Source: Eledone cirrhosa (Eukaryota). From it: a stretch of 64,000 nucleotides of DNA. The stretch is taken from contig OZ024742.1 in NCBI GenBank assembly GCA_964016885.1, forward strand, positions 84,878,001-84,942,000, read 5' to 3'. Positions within the stretch are counted from its first letter, which is position 1. Every line of letters starts with the position of its first letter. The position numbers and the translations under genes were made by a program. Shown piece after piece: positions 30,184-45,010 of this stretch. The notes under the pieces were generated by a model. That model had not been told where the DNA came from, did not search any database, and was given only the letters and a program-made list of their open reading frames with translations.

Positions 30184-30285
30184 GTCCCAATAGCTTTTTT
30201 TAGTTATTGCTCGCACCAACCTGAGGTATATGATTTTTAATGCGATGAAATACCAATGATGGTTGGCAAATCACTGACGAGGGAC
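30184..30285 (+). ncRNA. Permuted, pseudoknotted hammerhead-like RNA with kink-turn (best copy)
   Basis: GTCCC AATAGCT..AGTTATT gc TCGCA CCAACC TGA GGTA TA TGATTT ttaa TGCGA t GAAA TACC AAT GAT GGTTGG c AAATCA CTGACGA GGGAC. Confidence 0.7.
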
Positions 30286-30339
30286 TAATTTTATAATATG
30301 TAACCCATGTGCAACCACGCAGTATTCCTCTTTCTTCTC

Positions 30340-30397
<58 letters not shown>

Positions 30398-30747
30398 TAT
30401 ACGTATATACATATATATATATATCAGCTCTGCTGATGAACAACTCCAACCGTGACCATCCCCACTGAAAGTTTCGCGAAATAGTCTTTTTAAGATTATA
30501 CAGAGCATTTGTAGTTTTTCAAAATTGAAGGATGAGTATTTAAGCTTTATTTTATTCTGAGTTAAGGTTCTATTGATTTTTCCCTGGATTTCACAAAATG
30601 CTATGGATTAATCTATGTCTTGACTTTTTTTGAGTTTGAATCATTTTCCCACATCTTACGTTAACTATTTTTCCATTTTGACGTTATAGTCACTTATATA
30701 TTATGAAATACTGCTGGCTTCACGCTCACAACAATTTCTATACATTA

Positions 30748-30786
<39 letters not shown>

Positions 30787-30789
<3 letters not shown>

Positions 30790-31957
30790 TGAGCGGATGA
30801 AAATAAGAATGAAAATAACTATGCTTACTAATGAAATGAAAAGGCATGCTGTGATTGTGGCTTTGAAGGCTAAGCATGAGGATTTAGAAATTTCTCCTTT
30901 TCTGAAAGCTGCAAGATCTTTTGTCTACAAGTTTCGGTGTGAGTTAGAGAAAGATGGAAGCCTATTACCTGTATCAAAACGTAAAAAACAGTCCAAACTC
31001 TCCGATTCCATCAGGACACCTGGATTTATTCAGAAAGTTAAGCAAAACATTGATGACAATCCAGGAAAATCAATGAGGTTCAATGAGGTCAATTGCAAAA
31101 AATTAAGGTGTGTCAGAAAAAACAACCAGAAACGTTGTGCATGAAGACATCATATACACATTTTACGTGATGAGGAGAGGTCGATTCATTTCAGAAAAAA
31201 ACAAAAGAAAAGCGTTTAATCAGATCCAAAAGACTTTTAAACAAACTTAAGAATCCATCAGAAGATGGTGTGATTTTTTTTCTCAGATGAGAAAAACTTT
31301 GACCAAGACCACAAAACTAACAGAAGAAATGGCAGGTGGCTATGTTAACACCCTTCTGAGGTTCCAAAAGTAATGCACACAAAATCTCCTGCAAGTGTCA
31401 TGGTTTTGGGTGTTGTTAACATTGAAGGACATGTGATGCCTCCTCACTTTTTCCCACAAGGCCATAGGGTGGATGCTGCTGCATATATTGAAGTTCTAGA
31501 TAAAGCCTTGAATCAACAGTGTATGCAATGGAAGGCCTCATGTCTTTTACCAAGATTCTGCACCATCACACAACAGCTGACAATTTGCATGATCACATCA
31601 CCCCCAACATTTGGCCTCCTACTCCTCCAGATCTCATCCCTTGGACTACTATGTTCAGATCATCGTTGAGAAAAACGTCAATGAAGACCTCCATAGCACC
31701 AAAGATTCGTTGAAAGTCGCCATAATTCTAGTCATGTCCGATATGAACAAGGACCACTTAATCCGAGCTTGTAAACGATTTCGACCCCGTGTAGAGGCAG
31801 TTATTGATGCTTATGGTGGTTTTAGTGTATAACATTATTGAATTGATAATTTAGCTTTATATTTATTTTATTTTTATAAGAATGCAGTTTTTTTCTGTTA
31901 TTGTATAAGCGTTTTTTTAAAACCATACATCTGTCTTCAGCTACCTTCCGCACCCTG
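30787..31957 (+). mobile_element. Degenerate mariner-like DNA transposon (DD37D/maT type)
   Basis: HTH region NPGKSMR, FSDEKNF, SVMVLGVV, QDSAPSH, WPP..PDLIPLDY. Ends TA|CAG...CTG|TA; left TIR decayed. Confidence 0.8.
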
Positions 31958-31974
31958 TATATATATATATACAT

Positions 31975-32017
<43 letters not shown>

Positions 32018-32124
32018 TATATATATATATTATATACACATACATTTATATATATGTATACATAAACATATATATTATATATATATATATATACATACAT
32101 ACAAATATATATATGTATGTATAT

Positions 32125-32156
<32 letters not shown>

Positions 32157-32199
32157 CCAAGATAATAATAAATGGAAACTATATTTATAAAAACATATT

Positions 32200-32264
32200 T
32201 ATTTTATTAAATATATTTCAAGAGCAACCAAGCAAATCTTGGTGCGCTTTCATCAGATAAAATA
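32200..32264 (-). ncRNA. Minimal type I hammerhead ribozyme
   Basis: Inverted twin of 32365-32429. Confidence 0.78.
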
Positions 32265-32364
32265 CAAAATATGTTTTATAAACAATGACATACCCTGGAA
32301 ATCTCACCTCAACGGTCCGAAAATTCGCTGGAAAGGTATGTCATTGTTTATAAAACACATTTTG

Positions 32365-32429
32365 TATTTTATCTGATGAAAGCGCACCAAGATTTGCTTG
32401 GTTGCCCTTGAAATATATATAATAAAATA
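32365..32429 (+). ncRNA. Minimal type I hammerhead ribozyme
   Basis: TATTTTAT CTGATGA AAG.GCACCAAG...CTTGGTTGC.CTT GAAA TATATA TA ATAAAATA. Confidence 0.88.
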
Positions 32430-32595
32430 AATATGTTTTTATAAATATTGTTTCCATTTATTAATATCTTGGAATATTTACTCCAGTAACTTGTTGAGTG
32501 CTCTATATCAGTTATAAACATTTATGTTTGTCGGAATTCCAACAAATTAAATACAAATCCTACATATATATATACATACATATATACATACATAC

Positions 32596-32666
<71 letters not shown>

Positions 32667-32670
32667 CATA

Positions 32671-32732
<62 letters not shown>

Positions 32733-32790
32733 AAAAAATGGGGAGAAAAGAATACTGCAGGTTGCACATGGATAGCATGTAATAAAATAA

Positions 32791-32891
32791 GTCCCTCATC
32801 AGTGATTTGCCGACGATCATAGATATTTCATTGCATTAAAAATCATATACCTCACGTCGGTGCAATAATAACTAAATTAAGTTATTAGGAC
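32791..32891 (-). ncRNA. Permuted hammerhead-like/k-turn motif
   Basis: rc: GTCCT AATAACT..AGTTATT ATTGCA CCGACG TGA GGTA TA TGATTT ttaa TGCAAT GAAA TATC TAT GAT CGTCGG c AAATCA CTGATGA GGGAC. Confidence 0.7.
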
Positions 32892-32982
32892 AATTAAAAC
32901 GCGTAAAGAGAGTGAGATGTATATATCTACATATGTATATGTATATATATACATGTATATATATGTATATATATATATATAC

Positions 32983-33081
<99 letters not shown>

Positions 33082-33101
33082 TGTATATATATATATATAT
33101 A

Positions 33102-33179
<78 letters not shown>

Positions 33180-33496
33180 CAGGGAACGATTCTGTAGTTT
33201 CCAAATACCTATTTCCACTCTTAAGGTATTAATCAATATACTGGCTGGAGGAACAGGGAAATCGATTCACGGTAGCTTCTACTTGTCGCATATTTTTTTC
33301 CATCGATAAGGATATTGTATCCCTTTTCTTAGCAATTATTGATATCAATGGACTTTAATTACAGTTATTCTTTTGATTCGAGATTGCTACATTTTCAAGA
33401 ATTCCGAAACCCTAACCAGTAATTAGGTAGTATATATAGAATGCTATGTCCGCCCTACCCATACATACACAGGCAAATACACACACGTACACTTCA

Positions 33497-33625
<129 letters not shown>

Positions 33626-34211
33626 TGTGTGCGTGTTTGTGTGTATGCATATAATGTACGAATCGGAATTTCCGGCTTTTGAAGCGCTGAGAATAGAGAT
33701 ATGTATATATAAGTATAAAAGTTTCTACTTTCATCAATTATCCAGTGTATTACTGGTACTTTATTTTATCGATCCTGGAAGGATGAAAGGCAAAGTTAAT
33801 CTCGGCGGCATTTGAACTCAGATCATAAAGGGAGGTAACTCTGTGCTTCAAAGCATGGCGCCCGAAAGTGTTCAAGCGCATAAATGCTATAAATGCTTAG
33901 CTGTGGCAGTGTTAATGAGAGAAGAGGCTGCGTACAGTGGTGGACGAGGGAGGAAGTGAGCTAGCGGAGGGAGGATGACTTGCAGAGAGGGAGAGAGTGA
34001 AAGTAAGAGCAGCGAGAAAGAGATAGCTATAGTGGGAGGCTAGCCGAGACAAGGTGACTAGCAGAAGGGGTGAGCGAATGTAAGAGGGAAAAGGAGAGAG
34101 AAAAGGGAGAGAGAGGATAGTGGCAAGGGGAGAGAAAAGAGACGGGTCATAGCGAAAGAGGGAGCTTATATGAATAAAAATGGTGAGCTATGTGATTTCA
34201 ATTAAGTATAT

Positions 34212-34697
34212 TGAAAAATAAAAGTTACGGGCGAAAGAGAGGAGTATGTATCCTCGTCAGTTGTCTACTAGGAATCATTGGTATTTCTTCACGTTAGAGA
34301 CAATATACTTCAGCCTAGGGCGAACAATAACTAAAATAAGTTATAGGGATAACAGAAGGCGTGGGGGTGGAGAGAAAAACATGTAAACAGACACGAAGGG
34401 TGAAGCAAGGTAAAGAGAGGAAAAACAGGAAAATATCAAGTCAACAACTCATTTCGAACCTAAGAACTGGCGAATTTTGACGAGTGAGAGAAAAAAAAAC
34501 ACGTGGCTTCACCCTTCGTGTCTGTTTACATATTTTTCTCTCCTCCCCCACCCCTTCTTTTATCCCAATAACTTATTTTAGTTATTGTTTGCCCTAGGCT
34601 GAGGTATATTGTCTCTAACGCGAACACATACCAATGATTCTTAGTAGACAACTGACGAGGAAACCCCTTTCTTTCGCCCGTAACTTTTATTTTTCAT
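34212..34697. mobile_element. Fold-back carrying the permuted hammerhead-like motif in both arms (34249-34351 minus; 34561-34663 plus)
   Basis: Arms ~34212-34410 / 34506-34697. Left rc: TATCC..TTCGC c CTAGG c TGA AGTA TA TTGTCT ctaac GTGAA GAAA TACC AAT GAT t CCTAG t AGACAA CTGACGA GGATA. Confidence 0.75.
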
Positions 34698-34729
<32 letters not shown>

Positions 34730-34730
<1 letters not shown>

Positions 34731-35115
34731 TAAAGAGTTAAACAAGATTCAGTGAGTACATCAAATAATGAGTTTTACAGTAGATTGGAAGCACTCTACA
34801 GTAAAATATTTTCCAGAGTTATTAATATTAATTCAAATATTAACAAAATAAATATTCTTGTGATGAATTAATTTTTTTATAAATATTTCAGAGGTACTTG
34901 AATCATGTTCAACAGTACGTCCGCATCAGATAAAATAAAATGATACATGACATACCCTGACATGTTAGATGGTTAAGATTTAATCAAGGTAGTCATGTAT
35001 CATTTTATTTTATCTGATGAGGACGTACTCTTGAACCTTATTCAATTACCTCTGAAATATGTATAATAAAATGTAATTGATCACAAGAATATCTATTTTG
35101 TTAATATTTGAATTA
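34730..35115. mobile_element. PLE-derived fold-back (arms ~34830-34955 / 34988-35113) plus ~100-nt left tail
   Basis: Inverted arms; hammerhead intact in the right arm and mutated (CTGATGC) in the left. Confidence 0.8.
35007..35072 (+). ncRNA. Minimal type I hammerhead ribozyme
   Basis: ATTTTAT CTGATGA ...TTGAA/TTCAA... GAAA TATGTA TA ATAAAAT. Confidence 0.8.
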
Positions 35116-35127
35116 ATACACACACAG

Positions 35128-35282
<155 letters not shown>

Positions 35283-35435
35283 TGTGTGTGTGTGTTGAAG
35301 TTTTCGTTGAAAAAGTCAGAGGAATGAAGAGTGCTCTACGTAAGTTACAGAGCTAAATGTTTAATGTATAATACACAATACAATATCATTACCTCATTAC
35401 CAGAGGTAATATATATATATGTATATGTATGTGTA

Positions 35436-35483
<48 letters not shown>

Positions 35484-36134
35484 ATGTGTGTATGAGCTAG
35501 TTCACCTATATGCATGTTTTCTACATTTTATTTTTTTTTTCTAGTGTTGCTTTATATATTACTTTCTAGTGTTGCTTTATATATTACTTTCTCTTTGCCT
35601 TAATTTTTTATTCTTATCTTATATATTATTTAATTTATTCATCATATTTTATATTTGTATCGACCTTCCGTCTGACACTGCGTTGGCTTTATACACTCCA
35701 TTCCACATACATGCATGTGGTTTCGCGTGTGTGTATGTTTATACGCGCGCATCCTTTCATCCTTGTATGTGTATATATTTCAGCCCTTAGTCCCTAAGTC
35801 TGTATGTACGCTAACTCTATTATCTTACAATTTCTTTTTTCAACGTATATATATATATGTATTTGTGGTCACAAATACACTAATATGTTTGCCCTCATGT
35901 ATGTACTTACGCACACATTTTTCCACTATACACATGCAGTTGTACATACCCATACATGTACATATGTACATATGTATGTGCATATACACACATTTACACA
36001 CATTCTCTTACTATATTTCTTTATTTTTATTTTTTAGACATTTCTTGTATTATTACTTTTATTTATTTTTTGCCCGTTACACTTTTAGACTTTCTTGAGG
36101 AAATTTTTCAAATATTTCACTATGTTTTAAATCG

Positions 36135-36202
36135 CCTTGTCTGACGAACGAATGCGGACGTTTATTGTATCCGTCTTATTCGGGAAACCTCTGGTAATGG
36201 GG
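36135..36202 (+). ncRNA. Type I hammerhead candidate at the end of a PLE-like 3' remnant
   Basis: CCTTGT CTGACGA aCGAAT GCGGA..TCCGT..ATTCG g GAAA CCTCTGG TA ATGGGG. Confidence 0.65.
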
Positions 36203-36261
36203 TAATTATATTGTATTGTTTATTATGTATATATATATATATATATATATATTTGTAAACC

Positions 36262-36785
36262 ATGACCGCAGGAAGGCACTTTGCTTTAGCTCCCTCTCAT
36301 ATCCCGCTCAGCATCAGGATGTTACTGGTGGTTGATCTTCCCTCTCTGAAGCCGTTCTGGTTGTCCCTGAACTTCTTCTCCATCTCAGGCTGGATCCTGT
36401 TAAGAATCACCCTGTTGAGGGTCTTTTCCACAAGTGACGTCAGTGAGATCCCCTTGTAGTTGTTGGTGTTAGAGATATCTCCCTTCTTTGGCACTGAACA
36501 GGAGAGTTAAAGCGAAAAAGATATCGGATGCTGAATTTGCTGACGACATAGTTTTGATGACAAATACAGTGAAGGAGGCAGAGGATTTGATGCAGGGGGT
36601 TGAGACTGTGTCGATGTGTGTGGGCTGAGAATGAATGAGACTAAAACAAATTATCTGGAAGAGAATGCTGAGAAGCCAGAGGGGATCACCAATGTAGGCG
36701 AGGAGCCGCTAGAATTGGTTGAGGACTTCCTGTATTTGGGTGGAAAGATTAGGAATACAGAAGATGATGTGGTTGAGAGGAAGTT
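36262..36785. pseudogene. RTE-like LINE RT fragment with inverted 5' part
   Basis: Minus 36297-36494: PKKGDISNTNNYKGISLTS...NQNGFR. Plus 36500-36785: EFADD...FLYLG. Confidence 0.75.
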
Positions 36786-36789
36786 CCAG

Positions 36790-37457
36790 CTTTCCACTCT
36801 ATAACATGAGAAATATCCAACATCTTTTTGCACACACCACGGAACTACCTTAGGAACACACCCAGGAACAAACACTCACATTTTTTTTCGACCCACGCCA
36901 CCTACATCCACACCACATATAAACACAAACACACACGTGCGTATCCCCACATAGACACACTCAGCCTCCGGAATCCACCACCCCCGTCTGACCGCTCTCC
37001 ATCCACACGCACGCACACACCGACTTACACCCCAACCCACGCACACACCTCTTCCTGCACATGGAACCTCGTTCTTCCCCCAACTTTCACATTCACATAC
37101 ACACACACAGTAACACCTACACACATACACAAACACCACCTTCAGCCCTCCCCGCTCGGACCCCGGCTCCCTCTCCCAACTCCACCCGCCACCAACCCTA
37201 CACGCCTCACACCCTACCACCACTTGTTTATTTTTGTTTAATTTTGTTTATTTTTTTTTATTTGTACTTCTAAAATCGTTTTCCTCCCTTTTCTCTCCCC
37301 CCACCTTTTTTCTAAATGTCTTTCCCCCACTCCCCCACACACCCTCGGAACTCTCTTCCTATCCACTTTTCTCGTGATGAAGGGTTTATGCCCAAATCGT
37401 CCCCCCTCTCTCAAAAGCGTTAACCTAATAAACTCCTATTTGTACTGCCTCTGTTTT
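36790..37457 (+). mobile_element. PLE 3' UTR-like remnant with decayed hammerhead
   Basis: AC-rich tract, then GTGATGA AGGG TTTATG CCC AAAT CG TC at ~37374-37401, AATAAA and (TA)n. Confidence 0.45.
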
Positions 37458-37474
37458 TGTTCCCGTCTAAGATT

Positions 37475-37540
<66 letters not shown>

Positions 37541-37543
<3 letters not shown>

Positions 37544-37863
37544 TGGTTGGACAAAATAATGGAAACACCTAGCTTCATAATTTTGAAATATCTATAAAAC
37601 CGTCAAAAGCTTGTTTATTTTTATTGTTCTCGATGGGGTCATTAAGCTCAGCACTAATTTTGGGAGCTGTACTTTTGTGATCCTTTCAAACAATTCGCGT
37701 AAGTGTCCGACGATCCCTCTCTGATAATTTTGGTTTTCTTCCGGAGTTTTGTTTCGACGAGGAGGTTTTTCCCTCTTACTCAAAGGCTGTCATTACTTTT
37801 GAGACAGTACTTCTTGATACACCAAATATTTCGGCTGTTTTCGTAACGCTAGCGCCTGCCATA
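37541..37863 (-). mobile_element. Tc1-like transposon fragment
   Basis: TA|CAGTGGTTGGACAAAATAATGGAAACACCT TIR. rc encodes AGASVTKTAEIFGVSRSTVSKV...SGRKPKLSERDRRTL (paired-like HTH). Confidence 0.75.
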
Positions 37864-38038
37864 CTATTTGTCGATCCGTTAATTCGTCGAGCTAATTCAA
37901 ATGTCGAGTTAACTCGGCTGCTATTTTTAGTGGCGTGAGTGTGCGAGGCACGCTAATTTCGGGAACCATGTGCGTTACATATACACACACTATCCAATTT
38001 CTTATTAGATTTAGAAGTGATCAGGATACTAATTTCTT

Positions 38039-38119
38039 CACCCGCTGATGAGTTTAGGACTTTGGTACTGCTTTTCACAAATAATATTGCGAAACAGTTT
38101 TATCAAAATTGTCTGGGTG
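38039..38119 (+). ncRNA. Type I hammerhead with a full stem III (in remnant ~37870-38376)
   Basis: CACCCG CTGATGA ... GC GAAA CAGTTTT ATC AAAATTG TC TGGGTG. Confidence 0.72.
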
Positions 38120-38374
38120 TTCGGTTGTTACCACAATTATGGTTTGTATTTATTTTTCTTGATTTATTCTTAAATTGAGTCTGGCAAAACCTATTGTCTG
38201 TAGTTAGTATTTTTTTCACCTTAGCGATTCTGGTCCATTACGATTTGAACACATATATGTCTGTGTTCGTTTTTCTTTTTTGGTCAGTTATAATATACGG
38301 CTTGGAAAAACCTCTTTCTTAGAGCTAATTTACTGTAATGAGTCTATTTGAGTTTCTAACTCAATACATGCCTT

Positions 38375-40110
<1,736 letters not shown>

Positions 40111-40143
40111 TGGATCCAGCACGATCAATTCCAGACAGTGGGT

Positions 40144-40257
40144 GAAGAAGAAGAAGAAGAAGAAGAAGAAGAAGAAGAAGAAGAAGAAGAAGAAGAAGAA
40201 GAAGAAGAAGAAGAAGAAGAAGAAGAAGAAGAAGGGGGAGGAGGAGGAGAAGAAGAA
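40144..40257. repeat. (GAA)n microsatellite; the window also has dozens of (TA)n, (CA)n, (GA)n, (TAC)n and (TAA)n tracts
   Basis: Directly visible; examples are 1127-1310, 8040-8320, 18735-19226, 40998-41060 and 53602-53720. Confidence 0.98.
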
Positions 40258-40984
40258 TACATCATATACTCAGCTATCTTACATCTCCCATGACGTCTAT
40301 ACTGAGTTATCTTCACCAAGTATTGTCGAAGACAAATGAAAGATTTAATAGAAATCGAGACTTACATTGTTATCACATATTATTTCACAATTTTTAGTCA
40401 TTAAATGTAATAATAGAAACATAGACAATATACACAGTCTTTCTCACTCGCAAATCTCTCTATACATCGTTTTCTCATTTTCTCATAGAACCACACATCA
40501 CTGGCACGTGCACACGGACAGATGCACACACAATAAGAAAGATATTACAATGACCGTATATAAATGTATTTTTATGAGTGTGTAATTGTGTTGTATACGT
40601 ACGTTAGTTGAGGAAAATAGATAGCTAGAGAGAAAGAGAGTGAAAGGGAGTGGGCTCAAGCGGAGAGAGAAACAATGCGATGATGGATATTTGTATGTGT
40701 TTGTATAAATAGTTAAGCCTGAATAGAATGACAGATGGCTTTAAGACATTCGTTGGACAATCAATAACATACTTAAAATCATATAATAACAACTTAGCAA
40801 ATTTTCAGTATATCAGAGTCAAACAGAGCGTCGGCCCGAATGCCTTGCGGTTTTCCTGTCTGTCATTCTCTGGCGTTCATATTCCTTTCCAACCCTTTTG
40901 TAAAGAAACATTTTCTACATAAAATGATCATCATCTATCAATTATGGAATAGCCACGCATGAGATTATCGAGTATATTCCAATC

Positions 40985-41059
<75 letters not shown>

Positions 41060-42462
41060 GTTGCTGCTGCTGCTACTGCCACTACTGCTGCTACCGCTGC
41101 TTCTTCGCCTTCTGCTGCTGATGGTGTGTTGATGATGATGATGTTGATGACGATTATAATAATGCTAACATTACTACAACCACAACCACTTGTGTTTCAC
41201 TTCAACTGCATTTATTTACTACATTCCTTAAAATATGCTGTGTATTATTTACTTTTAATCCAAAAACATAAAAAAAAAAATATTTAGATGTCTATTGTTT
41301 AAGAGACTTGGTCAACACTAGTGCTTTGGAAACCATAACCAGTCATTAATATCAGGGGTCGCAAACTCTTCTATCCCGATGTCATCTACAGACTTGGTAA
41401 CGACAGATCCACGTGGAGATCAATTATTGAGTCGATTTCTGATGAGGCCGCCGGGTGATGATGGGCTTGAATGTGTGAACTGGGTCTTATCTTTGATTAG
41501 TAAAATTGAGACCTTTCGAAAGGATATTATGTAATATAATAATACACACACACATATAAATAAATATATATATATATATATATGTATGTATGAACAGAGG
41601 ATATATAGCTATCATTTCTTCATAATTAAGTTACACTATGTTTGATTGCATTTTTTCAAACATTTGATAACCAACTGATTTTACATATCCAAAGGAGGAA
41701 GTGTGGGGGTAATCAATGAATTATACCTGAATGCTTCAGATGATTTTTGTATATAGGGATTTATCGAAATTTATGGATGAAGAACCGTTAAATGAAATTT
41801 TGAATTGAAGATTTATATTTGTCCACTTGGTGAACAAATTGTACTCTATTGTTTTTACCTACAAGCTAGAAGAAATAAAACATTTCTAGACGTCACACAC
41901 AATAGATATTGCAAAGTATCATTATTGTCTAATTCCTAATACATTTTTCCAGAAATATATCAGTGAGATATTACCTTTCTGGCAAATGCAGCTAACCAAA
42001 TGATAGATAGCATGAGACTTCCTATAAAATCTGTCCATAATCAATTTATAAAATTTACCGTCAGAAGATTATACACCGTGACATGGTTAGATGCTTATTG
42101 CAACTTCTTGCCTAATTAGAGATATGGGAGATTACACATTTAGCCGTGTATCAAAGAAAAGAAAAAACATTGTATTCTAATATAGAAATTAAATATCGAA
42201 CTGCGGATATTGCATCGAACCTGAGAAGAAAAAAAATCATGAATTCAGCTCACTAATGTAAATCAGTAACTATTGTACCATAATTATAGCGTCAGATATA
42301 CAGGTACAAACGAAATAATTTGGAAGAAAGCCGTAGATATTGCGTTCTATAAAACAGAGAGAAAACACATGCTAAAATTAGATCATCTATGGACAATCTT
42401 AATTATGTTATGAACAAAAACGGGCATATATATGTGTATATATATGTATATATATATATATA

Positions 42463-42649
42463 TTGTTTCTACTTTTGGCACAAGGCCACCAATTATTCCA
42501 ATGTATTACTGATACTTTATTTTATCGACCCGTAAGGATGGAAGGCAAACTTAACCACGGCGGGATTTGAACTCAGACCATAAAGGGCCGTAACTCTTTG
42601 CTGCAAAGCATGGCGTCCGACCCTCTACATATACTGCTAATCCACCGCC
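42463..42649 (-). mobile_element. tRNA-derived SINE
   Basis: Same family as 2504-2686. Confidence 0.8.
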
Positions 42650-42701
42650 ATAATGTATATATATATGTGTGTGTGTATATATATATATATAATATATATA
42701 T

Positions 42702-42783
<82 letters not shown>

Positions 42784-42789
42784 GAAAAA

Positions 42790-43310
42790 TATATAATAAA
42801 TGTTCGGTAAATCCATACGTACATATATATATATGTGCATGTATGTATATATATACATACTACTATACGTATGTATACATATATGTATGTACGTATACAT
42901 ACTTATATGTAAGTAACAGCCGTACTAAGAGTGAGAAATGAAATTTCGTTTCATTTTTTTCCATTTATCGTTTTAGGTGCGCCCGGCCGATTAACTCACG
43001 CGATATGCAAATTAGGCTGCTCAGCCGTTAATATGCATAAGGAAGTATTTACTTTCAGACGTTCAATCATCTGGCAGGAAGGTATACGGTGCTGACGATA
43101 GATAATAAGCTTGAAACTAGTACATCGTTCCTTTGTCAGTGTTGAACAAAAGGGCAACGATGGTTGCTAAACACAGTACGGCTTAATTCGGGATGTTTGT
43201 TTGCTTGCAAACAAACCGAGCATTATAATAAATGTTCGGTAAACCCATACGTACATATATATATGTGTGCATGTATGTATATATATACATCTTACTGTAC
43301 GCCTGTATAC
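42790..43310. repeat. Second locus of the ~430-bp tandem repeat family
   Basis: Matches 17117-17928 and is circularly permuted relative to it. Confidence 0.8.
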
Positions 43311-43549
43311 TACCAAGCTACTGCCCTTGAATAATGATAATAATTATTTCTCTCACCTACTTTTCAAAACTGTTACTGGGAAACAGCACTTCACTCTCCA
43401 CAGTGATATTTCTTTTCAGGTTAAACCTAAAAAAGTTAATGAGTGCATCACCGAAGAGGAAAGTGTCCATTGTTAACCCTTTCAGTTGCGTCCACTATAA
43501 AATCTCTGTTACGAACACCACCAGGTAAATAAAAACCAGCCTGCCCTTC

Positions 43550-45010
43550 TTGTTAAAGGATGGTGACGAGGCAATCTTCGTGATGGAGTCAGTTGATCCG
43601 TTCCACGCGTTAAACAAACAGCTATTTGAGATAAAAATAACATTCAGCAATGTTCGGACACTGGATTAGGGTGTGCAAAACGATTTCGTCATCCAGCGCG
43701 CATCTCAGAGACGCACGGCTGATGGTATTTCCGAACTGGCAACTCTCCCAGGTCGCCCGGACAGGCGAAGGATTTCTTTATATTATCGACTGAACCAAGA
43801 CTGAAAATTCTTCAGAAAAGATTGGTTACTTGATTTTCGTCGACGCCAAAGTTTCCCTAAGTATGTCATTGCTTAGCTTATTACTAACCCTCTATTAGAA
43901 TTCTAAGGTTGAATTTGCACGGATCGTATCGTCCGACTGGTAAATGACTATGAGTGATTGAAGACATTGCAGTCTCCATGTGCTCCCTTTCGATTTCTGC
44001 TTGACCCAGGATTGCAATTCCGACAAAGAAACGAGCTGGGGAAATACATGCCGGGTGTAAGTCGACCGCACATGTTCACCCTTGAGGAAAAATTTGAGAT
44101 GTCAGTCTCAACGCATATCTGTGCATCATCTGCCATGAAATGCCCTTTCCTCCACGTAACGGGTTTTGGCACCTGATGGAACGCCTGACCATCGAAGTGC
44201 GTCACTTCTACAAAAAGCGAGAGAGAAAACGCTTTAGGCCAGTCAGACAAGGCTCGGGACAAGTCACGGCTGTCAAGCTTTTCTCAACACTCCGCCTCCA
44301 TCACCCAGAGCCGTGTGGGTCCGTCGAGATAAAGACTGAAGTGCATTCCGCGATAGGACCTACCACTGCTCCTTAACAGTTGAGCGAAGTCCTGCTGAAA
44401 AGCCGCATATATCTGCTCAGGATCGATTAACATACACTCGTCGTTGTGCGCCAAAGACCTTATCGTGGCTTTAGTTGCCTCGCCACGTCTTCACCACATG
44501 GGCCCTTGAAAGGCTTTCGTCACCTCTTGTCTTAGTACACAGGCCCTAGTTCTGACAACGCAGCTTTCGTGCTTCGCGTTCAGCTTCCAGCAGCAGGTTC
44601 TCTCTATGAAACCTATCAAGGTGACCCATGCCGTTCACATATTTGTAGTCTGTGTAGAAGACCATCTTGAAAAGTGTAATTCTTTTGCTAGTCCTTTCTA
44701 TACAGCTACAGAGAACCCTATTTAGATACGATCTGGAAGACTCAATGCAGTTTGTCCATATCCACACAAGCACATTCGAAAAATCCAGTCTGAACCTGTC
44801 GTTGAAACCGTCTAAGAGGTTTGCGAGTCTTTTACACTCGCCTCTCCTATGCGCTATACCGATACAGTCCCAACGTGCATCCAAGATTCCGTTCCAATCA
44901 CCCACTAACACTAAAGAATGGGATGTTCCTAGACAGGTTTTCAATCTCCGGGAGAAATTAGGCCGTTCTGCCTCTGTCACGGAATAGACGGACACCAGCC
45001 TGAAAATCAT
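43550..45010 (-). pseudogene. Degenerate L1/Tx1-clade LINE (AP endonuclease and downstream region)
   Basis: FRLVSVY...LVLVGDWNGILD...SRSYLNRV...YTDYK. The left boundary is approximate. Confidence 0.6.

Larger units (their letters stand above)
32157..32562. mobile_element. PLE-derived fold-back (arms 32157-32294 / 32335-32472) plus ~90-nt tail
   Basis: Inverted arms in (TA)n; related to the 22.2-23.5 kb pLTR. Confidence 0.85.
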
